In this document: in pieces, positions 11,763-22,500 of the stretch
How positions within the stretch are numbered: the stretch's first letter is position 1
How the letters are laid out: each line of letters begins with the position of its first letter
From: Saprolegnia diclina VS20
Lineage: Eukaryota
NCBI RefSeq assembly: GCF_000281045.1
Contig: NW_008246151.1
Coordinates: 1 to 40,446 of the forward strand
Direction of reading: 5' to 3'
DNA: 40,446 nt
The notes under the pieces: generated by a model
Told to the model about the DNA's origin: nothing
Databases searched by the model: none
What the model saw: only the letters and a program-made list of their open reading frames with translations
Translations under genes and position numbers: made by a program

Positions 11763-14065
11763 ATGAGCCGCCTCGTGCCAGCCTGCGAAGCCATCTTGGA
11801 GCAGCCCAAAGCGCCGTCGTTCTACATCTGCACCGGCACGCAAGGTATCTCGCCTCTGCCAGTCGTGCGCGTGGAGGGCCTTCCTGACCCTCTATCCTGG
11901 CCTGTATTGAGTGCCCAGCACGAACAACTAAGCGCCGAGTACGGCAAGGCCAGTGTCGTTCCCGCCACCGACCTCCTCATCGCCAATCAACGCGCTTTTG
12001 AAGAAGCCCTCCTCCAAACCGTCGTGCACAAGCTATTGTCGACGCTCGGTATCCGAGCCTCGAACGTCGGCGTCGTCTTGTCGCACCTCTGCATCGACGC
12101 CGTTGGGTCCACGGACGTCCTCCGCGCCGCACCAAGCTGCATTGCCAATGCGTTTGGGACGCTGATCGTGCTGCTGCCGTCATTCCACACGGGCGGTGTC
12201 CTTACGTTCCGACGCCAGACGCACGCGATTACGCTCCCGCACGACGCGGCCGAGCGCCCGAGAGGCTTTGACGGCGTCTTTATCAACACCACGATCGAGT
12301 CGACGCCAGTGACGTCCGGACGCCGCCTTGCGCTCGTCTTTGACTTGACAGGGGTCCACGAAACAGAGCGAGGGCCGTCCCGCTTACCGCTGAACCGCAC
12401 CGGTCTGGCCGCCAAGCTGACGCTGCTCGCCGCGCAACCGCTGCCGCAGTGCCAGCGCATCGCGTGCAGCCTCACGTACCTCCGCCCGGCGCCCGGCGAC
12501 TTTGGCCATCCTCACGCGGACGAAGACTCGCTGTTTCTGCGCCTGCGACCTCGGCACCGGTACCTCGTCAACATCCGCTTGGCCTCGGCTGTGTTTGACA
12601 TCGCCGTCGTTCGCTTCTCAACGCGGCTGCTCACGACACGCAACGGCAGCAGGTATTCTAGCTTTCGATCAAAGCAGCTCTAATCCCTGCGAGTAGCAAC
12701 GACGAACGTGTCATCGACAACCACGTCGCTGCGTTCGAAGTGCACTCGTCTTGCGACGTGCCTGATTTGGTGGCCCATCAGCTTGTCGGTGTCGCTGCCC
12801 ACGCCTTCCTTGGCGATCCTGACCACGATGAACTCGCGCCCGTGAGCGCGCCTTCGGAGATGGCACTGCTCTTCTGGCCCAAGCGCTTCCGAGCCGGCAT
12901 TGTCGGCATGAAGCCATCCTTGGCTCTCCTTCGCCACGCCGTCTTGAACCGCCGGACGGCGCGCCCGCTAGGGCTCACCAGCGTCCGCGAACTCGTCTTG
13001 GGGACCATGGCATTCTTTCACTCGGTCGCTTCTCTCGACTTGTGCGACGAGCGGACGGGCAACGCGCGTGACGGCAGTGCGGCCGCCATGGGCGACGTTC
13101 TCTGCGCCTTAAACGACAAGGAAATCGCTGCGTATTTTCTCAGCGACGCGCTCGCCGTCTCGCCGGGAGGAACGCGCTGTTCCATCGCGCTCCCCGACGC
13201 TGCCGCCTGCGTCCAATCGTGTCTGATGGCATTTGGCCGGCGACAGCTCGCGACTGCGATCTGCGACCTCTTGCGGCGCTGGCTCACCAGCACGACCCAG
13301 CGCGCCCACGTCGTGGGGTTGGTGTCGCTCCTCGCCGGTCTTTCCCAGGACGCCAATGTGGCCAAGTCGGACAAGCTGTCGCTGTTTGCACTTCTTCGAT
13401 CGGTGGGTACCGTCCTAGAGGAGCTATGGCCGCGGTCGCAAGACGACGCTGGCTTGAGGTGCGTGCTAATGGCGCTCGCAGCCAAGTGCCGAGACGCGTA
13501 CGTTGCTGGCGGCTTGCTGCTGCCCGTGCCTGGCATGCGTGACGGTGACCTCGTCGACATCCCGTTCGCCCCAAAGCACTGCGGTGACTGCAGCCAAGTG
13601 CGGCACTTTCTTGACGACGGGACGCAACTCCGACACGTGTTTCGTCGGCGCGTGTGCGCGCGAGTGCGCGACGTCGCGGTCGCCCACCCACGACGACTGC
13701 GCTTCAAGGAGAAGGCGCTCGCGGACGGAGTGTACAAAGCGAGTCTTCGGAAAGTGCAGCAGCCCGGGCGTATGCGCATTGCCCACGCAGCGTTAGCCAA
13801 GCGGCGCCACGTGAGCGCGACGACTAGCTACCGCCACCTCGAGGCCTTTCGTGGGCCCACGCCCGGCAACACGAGACAGTACACTCTCGTGCTCCACCGA
13901 CCGGTGACTCGGCTGCACATTGCGATACGAGGCCACATGAGCGCGACGACTAGCGACCGCCACATCGAGGCCTTTTGCGCGCCCACGCCCGGCAACATGA
14001 GACAGTACACTATCGTGCTCGACCGACCGGTGACTCGGCTGCACATTGCGATACGATTCCTATGA
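11763..14065 (+). CDS. Large hypothetical protein with a degenerate 2OG-Fe(II) oxygenase-like N-terminal domain
   Basis: FGTLIVLLPSFHTGGVLTF and TPVTSGRRLALVFDL resemble the 2OG-Fe(II) oxygenase core. C-terminal CGDC..FL motif. A 44-nt intron at 12653-12696 (GTATTC..CTAAT..TAG) joins ORFs 11763 and 12740 in frame. Confidence 0.65.
13806..14056 (+). repeat. Tandem duplication with 126-bp period (42 codons) at the 3' end of the preceding gene
   Basis: 13806-13930 and 13932-14056 are near-identical: HVSATTSYRHLEAFRGPTPGNTRQYTLVLHRPVTRLHIAIR vs HMSATTSDRHIEAFCAPTPGNMRQYTIVLDRPVTRLHIAIR. Confidence 0.95.
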
Positions 14066-14495
14066 AAGGGCGTCGTTCGACTAGTCGCCAGGAAATGACT
14101 GTCGTCTGTGAGCCTCAAAAGACTTGGCGCTTGGGTATGTCCCGACGCGGTCGAAACGTACACAGTTCAGAGCTTGCGCTTCCAGATAGTAAAAGCTACT
14201 AGGGTATTCATCTTTGCATCAAGGATGCATTCTTTGTGCCACCGCCGAAGCTCAAGCATTTTTTGTCAATATGCAGTTGATGCCCCAACTTTAAAAGCTA
14301 TGACAGCTAGGCACCAAGTCGTTGCTTCGTCGACCTCCCGTGGTCGCTGACCTCAGCAAATGCGACTCGACCTGCTGGATTGGCCAAGGAATCTGGCCAA
14401 AATCCCAATCGAAGCTCGCGATGCTCAACGAGGCCGAGTGGACGATGCGGAAGGACATTCGGCGCCCCGCCGAAGTCGCTCTTGCCGTCACCACC

Positions 14496-14618
14496 TTGGA
14501 CGTCGACGTCGTTCTCTCGCACCTCTACGTCGACGCGACTGGCGACGCTGACGCGCTTCGGCCCGTCCCCGACGACGTACCGGAGTCGTTTGGTCTTCTG
14601 CTTTTCTTGGCGCATTGA
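14496..14618 (+). pseudogene. Relic fragment of a paralog of the 11763-14065 gene
   Basis: LDVDVVLSHLYVDATGDADALRPVPDDVPESFGLLLFL aligns without gaps to SNVGVVLSHLCIDAVGSTDVLRAAPSCIANAFGTLIVL (~12060-12175) and then hits a stop. Confidence 0.7.
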
Positions 14619-14739
14619 CTTTGGCCCACAACGGCCGCTCGACGAGCGTGAAGGTGCACGTGTCGACCCTTAAGGACCCAACAGCCCAAGATGAGTAGCA
14701 TTATATGAACAAGTACATAAGATTGGGGTTAGAATAGGT

Positions 14740-17700
14740 CTACATCTGCATCTTGGCAAAGTACTGTACCAAGCACAAGTTGTTGTGGAGGAGGCGCTGG
14801 AGGTGCTCCCAGCCTTCCTGCTGGATCGCGTGCACCTTGGCCACGTGTGCGAGCAGGTCCGCGTCCGTCACCAGAATGTCCTCGTGCACCTTGAGGAACC
14901 GGTTGAGGTACACCTGGACGACCTGGAACTCTTGCCGGCCCTCGAGCATCTCGAGCATGCAGTCGAGGAAGAGCTTGAGATGGCCCTTGCCCTCGACGTC
15001 AAAGTCGCCCATGCAGAGCGTGCTCAGCTCCACGTCGACGCCCGACGCCGAGAGACCCTGGAGGTACGCGACCACGAGCGCAAACTGCCCGTTCCCGCCG
15101 AGCTGCGGCGCCGTCGCTTCGCCCTGCAGCAAGAGCGACGCGAGCTTGGAGCGCGACGTCGTGAGACCCGTCGACTTGGCAATGCGCGACGTCGGTGCGG
15201 CCACCTCTTCCGTGTCGTCGTCGTCATCGCCCCACGCGGCGTCATCGCCATCGCCCCAGCCTTCCATGACCACGTCCTCTTCCGGCTTCTTGGGCTCTTC
15301 CTTCGTCGTCTTCTTGGTCTTCTTCACATCGACGGCTTCGAACGTCGGGTGAACGTCGTCCTTGCGCACGGTTGGGAGGAAGAACGGAGCCTTCTCGGGC
15401 GCCTTGGGCGCTTCCACGGGCTTGTTGCGGGCCTTGATGAGCTCGAGCTGGAAGAGCGACTGCCACATGGCCTTGGGCGCCGTCGAGAGGCGCACAAATG
15501 AGCTCGCTTTGGCATCCAGAGGCGAGACGTACGCCGGCGCCTCGGCCGCAACCTCGTGGACCTCGTTGGACGCCGTCACGACCTGCGTCTCCAGCGGCAC
15601 GTCGACCTCGCTGAGCGGCACCGGCATGCCCATGAGCACGGGCGCCGACGGCTCCGAGTCGACAAAGACGGTCTCAAAGTAGGCGCGGTTGGCCCAGAGG
15701 AAGAGCCCGAGCTGGCCGACGTGGGTGGTTGCGATGAACTCGCCGGTCGGCGACATGGTGACGCTCGTGACTGCGTGCTTGAACTTGATAAAGTCGATGC
15801 ACTTGCCGGTCGGGAGGTCCCAGACGCGCACCGAGCCGTCCGAGGACGACGAGAGGAGCCAGCGCGCATCGGGCGAGAAGCACACGTCCGTGATCCAGTG
15901 CGTGTGGCCGTGGAAGCGACGCACGAGCTTGCGCGTCTGGATGTCGATGACGCGCAGCACAAAGTCGTCGCAGGCCGCGACGATCAGGTTGTTGTCCTTG
16001 TGCAGCGCCAGATGCGTGATCGGCGACCCGAGGTCCATCGTCGCCAGGCATTCGTGCGTGTAGAAGTCCCAAAACTTGAGCGTATGGTCCATGCTGCTCG
16101 AGATCACGAGTGCGTTGCGAGCATCGACGACGACGCCCGTGACCGACGCGCTGTGCTTGTCGGCCATCGAGTTGTCCGGCGCCGTCTTGTACGACGCGCC
16201 CGGCATCGTGAGCGCGCGGATGAGCTTGGCCTTGGGCGTCGCGGCCGTCGGGAACGACCCGCGCTTCTCGCCCGACTGCAGGTTGTACTTGAAGATGGCG
16301 CCGCCGACCGACCCGACGAGCGCAAAGTTGCCGCACGAGCTGATCGCGACCGCCGTCGCCTTGGAGTCGAGGCGGCGCTGGTGCTCGATCGAGCCCGGCG
16401 TCGTGTGGCCCTCGACCTGCTGCAGCACCTTCTTGCCCATCGCCTTGCGCTCGAGCGTCCAGACGTACGCGGGGACTTCGGATTCATGGCACGTGACCAC
16501 GTTGCTCCAGTCCTTCTCGCGCGTCTCCATGGCCGCAAACTGCAGAATCGGCGGCAACTTGCGGTCTTCCGAGTGCGAGCTGTGGAGACGCTGCTTCTTG
16601 AGCAACGGGCCTTGCGAGAGCTCGGTGCTCTGCTGCTCACGCGCCGTGTGGAAGAGCCGGAACGCGCGGTCCTGGCCGGCCGAGAGGATCTGGCAGATCG
16701 TGCCGTCCGTCTTGCGGACCACGTCGTTGCCGTAGTACCGGATCTTGGTCGGCGGCGCCTTGTGGCCCGAGCGCGACTTGAGGAGGCGGCCCCGTGCCTC
16801 GAGCTGGTCAAAGATCCAGATCTTGAGCGCGTTGTCGCCGGCCGACGTCAGCAGAAGCGGCTCGTTGGGGAAGAAGACGGTCGACGCGATTGGCGCTTCG
16901 TGGGCGCCGAGGATCGTCGACTCCAAGCGCTGCGTCTCGAGGTTCCAGATCAGCACCGAGCCGGACGTCGTGCCCGAGGCCAGCCACGGCGCCTTGTCGT
17001 CGGCGCGGAACGAGAGGCTCATGACGCGGCCTTCTTTGGTTTGCGAAAACGTCATGAGGCTCGTGTCGAACTTGAGGTTGTGCAGCACGATGCGGCCGTC
17101 CGCGAGGCCGATGGCCACGACGTCGACGGCCGGACTCTGCGCCATCGCCGTCACCTCCGAGCCCCAGCCCTTGAACGCAAAGACGCACTTGAGCGTGTGC
17201 ACGTTCCAGAGCTGCAGCGCGCCCTGCGTCGAGCCGACGAGCACCTTGTTGAGGTACGTCGACGGGTGCAAGAGGAGCGTGGGCGTAAATGTGGCTTCAA
17301 ACGTGATGGTTTCGAGCAGCTCGAGGTCCCTGTACCGCAAATATGAGCCCATCAAGAGCTAGACGATGGTAGGACAGGCGTACGTGGTCGACCAGATGCG
17401 CATTGTGTTGTCTTCGGCGATCGAGAAGAGGATGTCGCCGACCGCGAGCAGCTGCAGGATCGGCGCCTGGTGCCCAGACAGCACGTGCGTCTCGGTGATG
17501 CGGCTAAAGACGTGGATGTTGCGGCCCACCGCGGCGAACGTCCGGTTGTTCTTCAGCACGGTCTGCAGCGCGCGGATCTTCTTGGGCAGCGGCGCCGAGA
17601 CGGCCACCGGCGTCAGCTTCTCCGTGTCGTAGACCTGGAAGCTCTTGCCGGTCGCGACGGTGATGAAGCCCGTGCGCGAGAGCACGACCGGCACGTCGGA

Positions 17701-17763
17701 GGCGACGACGCCCAAGGCGCGGAAGCTCTGGAGGACGCGGCTCTGCGTGAACACACTCGTCAT
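14740..17763 (-). CDS. UTP21: U3 snoRNA-associated WD40 protein Utp21/WDR36, 2 exons
   Basis: FRALGVVAS, LLHPSTYLNKVLVGS, QSPAVDVVAIGLADG, RLLKSRSGHKAPP, DVCFSPDARWL, WDLPTG, IKARNKPVEAPKAPEKAPFFLPT. Intron at 17330-17383. Confidence 0.95.
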
Positions 17764-18155
17764 CTCAATCTAAGATATCGATGATTGGTCTCGACGGCAA
17801 GAGGTGCAAACCAACCAACCGCAGCCCAGCACCCGATCAAGTCCGCTTCCATACAAAACCACTGTGCTTTTGCCAGGCGCACTTTAGCGGAGCCAAGCTC
17901 TTCACCGGATGGCACCGATTTGGCGCTAAAACCACCGCCGCCTTGACGCTTGCCAACGGCGTCGCTACCGTGTCTACCGCTTGAAGCTATAGCTCTCCGC
18001 AGCGCTGACGGCTCTGTCGGAGAGTTAGGCTGCCCACGCGAACTGCAGTCCGATGCCAAGCCGCTGTCGACTCACTCCATTGTCATGTAGCTGCCACCAC
18101 GTTATTCGTTTCGATGCAAGCATAACTAGCTAGCAACTAGATACGTACGTAGTCG

Positions 18156-18842
18156 TTAGTACGCGGGCAAGCCGAACGCGGCAGGGTCGAACGCCTCCAT
18201 GCTGTCGAGGACGCTGGCGCACTGCGCGACGAGGGCCGGGTCGCGCGCCAAGTTGGCGTCCGGGATCCACACGACCTGCATCTTGGCGTTGAGGCCGGCT
18301 TGGACACCGGACGGCGCGTCTTCGAACACGAGGCAGGTCGCGTTGTTGTCGGCGTTGAGCGAACACCCGAGCGCCGTCGCTGCGTGGAGGAAGAGGTCGG
18401 GCGCCGGCTTGCCGTGCTGCACCTGCGGGTCGTCGCCGCAAATGATGTGCCCGTCAAAGAGCGCAAAGAGCTCTTGGTTGCGGCTCGACTTGAGCTCGAA
18501 CGCGCTGCGGTGCGACGACGTGGCGACGCAGATCGGGACACCGTGGGCTTTGAGGTGCGTGAGCAGCTTCAGGACGCCTGGCAGCGGCTTGCAGAACGGA
18601 AACTTGGCCGCGTGCAAAGCATTGCGCTCGGCCAAGTAGGCCTCGGGCGTCAAATCGATACCGTAGCTCGCGATGAGGATCTTGGCGGCGTCGTACTCCT
18701 TCTGGCCCATCATCTGCGCCTTGACGTCCCACGTAAACTGCTTCCCAAAGCGGCTCAAGATCTCGCTTGTCACCTCCGTGTACACGCGCTCCGTGTCGAG
18801 AAGGAGGCCATCCATGTCGAAGAGCACATACTGCACCGCCAT
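18156..18842 (-). CDS. HAD-superfamily hydrolase, pseudouridine-5'-phosphatase (HDHD1/PUDP/GS1)-like, intronless
   Basis: Motif I FDMDGLLLDTE, motif II VATSS, GKPAPDLF, motif IV CLVFEDAPSGV, C-terminal FDPAAFGLPAY. Confidence 0.9.
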   Translation of the reverse strand: MAVQYVLFDMDGLLLDTERVYTEVTSEILSRFGKQFTWDVKAQMMGQKEYDAAKILIASYGIDLTPEAYLAERNALHAAKFPFCKPLPGVLKLLTHLKAHGVPICVATSSHRSAFELKSSRNQELFALFDGHIICGDDPQVQHGKPAPDLFLHAATALGCSLNADNNATCLVFEDAPSGVQAGLNAKMQVVWIPDANLARDPALVAQCASVLDSMEAFDPAAFGLPAY

Positions 18843-19120
18843 CGTCGTCGTCGGGTTCGCCTGTCTTTTTCAAGATGGTGGTCCGGATACAATACATTAT
18901 CCGGCAATCTTAAAATCGGCATATGTTGCCGAATTGAAACCCAAGTGAAGTGCAATGTGCCACACAATCGTGGCAGCACTGAGAGCTGGCAGAATAAGTT
19001 CTATGACGCCGAGGAGCCGATGCCACGAGCGTGGTAGCTAGCTTCATATATCTACTCGGGATTGTTCGAAATGCTCATGCCACAACGTATGTACATGCAT
19101 TAAATAGGCCACATAGACGC

Positions 19121-21090
19121 TCAGGTCGCGTGGCGCCACTGCCAGCGCCGGACGCGAACGCCGCCTTTCGGCTCGGTTGTAAACCAGTTGCCTTGGACGT
19201 CGACAGTTCCTTTCGGGAGGTCACTGAGCTCCAAGGACGCGAGCATCGGCAGAATCGGCGGGAGCAAAGCTGCGTCGGTGGGGGGGAAGAGCACGAGGCC
19301 GCCAAGGGTATCGATGGCCTGGGCGCATGCCTGGATCTGTCGCTCGAGGCGGCGCGCCTGCTTCGTCGACCGGCCGGTCGCAGACGCCTGCATGCGCGCG
19401 CAGAGCTTCTCAAAGTCGCTTTGGAGCAGCTCGTGGCGCGAGGCCAGTTGCCGGTCGAGCTTGATCGACGACGACGACGTCACAGATCGCTGCCGACGGC
19501 GCGTGCGGGGCGCCGACACCGGCTCGGGCACAAACTGCGTCGCCTCGACTTTGACCTTGGGCGAGAGCGGCGAGTAGTCGGGCTGGAGGCGGCGCAGTAG
19601 CGCTTGCTTCTTCTCATTGAACGTCGGACTCGTGAGCGGACTCGCAAAAATGTCCTCACGGACGCGGTTCTTTGTACGCACCAACGCGCGTGATGGGGCG
19701 GTGGCTGGCACTGCGAGCGCGGCCGTCGTCGGGGCTGGGGGCAGTACAACTGCGGCTGGCGTCGGCTCGGATACGGGCGCGATTGTGATCGCACCACTTG
19801 GCCCTTCGTCGAGCACCACGCCCTTGGGCTTTTTGGGCTTTTTCCGGGGCTTGAGGGGACGGGTGCTGTCGTCGACAGCAGGTGGCAGCTGTGCTTTGGT
19901 CTCGTCGCCCAATGCCTCGTCCCGCCGCTTCTTGGCCTTCTTTGGCTTGGCCTCGGGAGCGTCCAAGGTGGGTTTTGCTGCCTTTTTCGATTTCTTAAGT
20001 GGCTGGTCGGCTGGAACCAGCTCTGTGTCTGGAAACGCTGCCGACTTGGAGGCTTTCGACCGCGTCGACGAGAGCGCCGACTCGTACGACGCGTGGGACA
20101 AGGTCGAGACCTCCGAGAGGTCGTCACCTTCGTACGTCACGTCGCTGTGCGAGACGCGGGGGTCTTTGAGCGACGTGCGGTGCTGCTTGCGATGTTTGGC
20201 GATCTTCTTCTTGGTCTTCTTGAGCATGTCGTCGAGTTTGGCTTGGCGCTGGTACTTTTTTCGCTGCTCGTCCTGGAGCCGTCGCTGGAGGAACGCGCGG
20301 CCGTAGTAGTCGCCGGCCGCGGCGTCCACGAGGAGCTCCCTCCAGAGCTCATACTGCGTCTTGGCGTCAAACTCGAGGCTAATGACCTTGGCGTGCACAA
20401 CCAGCTGGATCGACGGACTCGCGAGCGTGGCCGCCGCCCGGGCTTGGCTGCGCGGCGAGAGCAAAACGCCGTTCCCGGCCGCCGAGTCGTACCCGACGAG
20501 GACGTTCTCGAGGTCCAGCATGCGCACGCGGGCTTCGAGGAAGCGGCAGTCACCGTCCGTGAAGAAGAGGAGGTCGCCGGACGTCAAAAACAGGATGTAG
20601 TACCGCTGATAGTGCGACTCCTTGCTCTGCCCGTGCTCCAGCTGCACGATGGACCAGTCCTCGGCCACGATCATGGACCGCGGGATGGTGGCGCCTAGCG
20701 CGCGCTCGAACGACGCTTTCGCATCATCCGCTTCAAAGACGAGCATGTAGACGAGCGCCGGGGTCACGAGCGCGACGGGCAGCTGCAGCGTCGCGCCGTC
20801 GCCCGCCGAGTACGATGGCAGCGAGGCAATGCCCACGACGTCGTGCAGGTGGATACAGCCTTTGGACGTGTGCTTGGGGCGCTCGTCCTTGAAGTAGTAG
20901 AGGCGGTCGCGGTCGAGGCGACCGAAGCGGCGCTTGTAGCCGCGCTTGAGCAGCCCGTTCTAGCCGCGCATGAGAGACGAAGTGGCATAGGCGTGATCTC
21001 TACCTTGTAGATGTGTAGCCATCCGCTCCACGCCGGGTTCTTGACCCGCTTGCCCTTCTCGTCGACGGCCTTGGCCAGCGACTGCCCCAT
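19121..21090 (-). CDS. Tandem PH-domain protein with coiled-coil and low-complexity C-terminal half
   Basis: Exon 1 MGQSLAK..WSGWLHIYK, intron 20960-21003, then GYKRRFGRLDRDRLYYFKDE..KGCIHLHDV (PH1) and YQRYYILFLTSGDLLFF..YELWRELL (PH2-like). Confidence 0.75.
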
Positions 21091-21190
21091 CTTCCGCCGA
21101 TTGTGATGACGAAAGGCGTGTGTGCCAAAAATAACAAGCAGCTAAATGTGGCATGTGCCGAATTCCGTAGCCACAAACGCGCAGGCGAGC

Positions 21191-22453
21191 ATGTACCGCG
21201 GCAGCAGCAACAACAGCAACGCGAAGATTCCGTGCCGCTTCTACAAGCAGGGCACGTGCCGCAACGGCAACAACTGCCGCTTCGCCCACGACAACGGCGT
21301 ACGTACGTGGCCTCGGCGACTCGGCGCTCACGTGCTCTAGGGCGGCGGCGGCTCGAACGCGTACAACCACCGGTCCAACCCGAGCGCCAGCCCGTTTGGC
21401 CACTCCAACAACAACAACCGAAGCAGCAGTAGCCCGTTTGGCCAGTCGAACAGCAACAACAGCAGCAGTAGCAGTACCAGCCCGTTTGCCAAGCCCTCGA
21501 CGAGTCCCTTTGGCGGCGGCGGCGGTAGCACCAACCCGTTTGGTGGTGGCGCACCGGCCAACAATCCGTTCGGCGGCGGTGCATCCTCGTCTCCATTCGG
21601 TGCGACGACGTCGACCTTTGGCACCACGTCGACCTTTGGCGCGACGTCGATGGTTGGCGGTGCGGCGGCGGCGGGCACTGGCTTTGGGCAGTCGCCTTTT
21701 GGCGGCGGCGCTCCTGCCGCTCCGTCGACATCGCCCTTTAACGGTCTGGGTGCGACGTTTGGTGCGCCTTCGACCATGGGCGCGTCGGCCTCCCCGTTCA
21801 GCTCCAACGCCAGCGCCTTTGGCCAGACAAGCGCCTTTGGTCAGACGACCGCTTTTGGGTCGACGGCGCCGGCGTCCAGTCCGTTCGGCGCGCCCCCTGC
21901 TACCTCGTCGGCATCTCCGTTTGGTCAAGGTAGTGCGGCGTCCTCGAGCCCTTTTAGCCAGCCGTCGACGCCAGCGAGTCCATTTGGCCAGCCACCGCCG
22001 ACCTCGGCAAGCCCGTTCGGAGCTGCGCCGGCCGCGTCGCCCTTTGGCCAAGCGCCCGGTGGTACTCCCAGCAGTCCGTTCGGCCAGCCCAATGCGTTCA
22101 ATCAAACTACGACTAGCAGCCCGTTCGGGAGCACGACGTTTGGTCAAGCCACCAAGAGCCCGTTCGGGCAACCGCCGAGCAGCTCTCCGTTCGGGCAGTC
22201 GTCAAGCAGCTCTCCGTTTGGCGCCAAAGACTCAAGCGCCGGGAAGCCCGCCAACACGATCCCCGACTTGCCCGACGCCGCTGCGAAGAAAGCCACGCGG
22301 GTTAAAGCCCTCGGTACGCGACCTCTTTCTTAGCGTTATCTTACAGTGGGCGTAGACACGTCGGACGTTGCGTGGGCCAAGACGCAGTTTGAGGCGCCGG
22401 CGTTCGTGTACGGCAGCGTCCCCGTCGTCGCGCCGCCCCGTGAGCTCTGTTAG
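21191..22453 (+). CDS. NUP42: FG nucleoporin Nup42/NUPL2 (hCG1/Amo1)-like: CCCH zinc finger, SPFG repeats, Gle1-binding tail
   Basis: CRFYKQGTCRNGNNCRFAH (CCCH), many SPFG/FG repeats, and C-terminal QFEAPAFVYGSVPVVAPPRELC, which matches the Nup42 F..F..G.IP..PP.EL motif. Introns at 21299-21340 and 22314-22346. Confidence 0.85.
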
Positions 22454-22500
22454 ATCGTAACCAACAAACGACGCGGTACATAATTATTAACTACTATGGG

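Noticed and set aside
12653..12740. Apparent frameshift or pseudogene break between ORFs 11763-12683 and 12740-14065
   Set aside because: A canonical 44-nt intron with a CTAAT branch site restores the frame.
21341..22230. Repetitive AGCCCGTTTGGC-like DNA
   Set aside because: Fully explained by the SPFG repeats of the nucleoporin.
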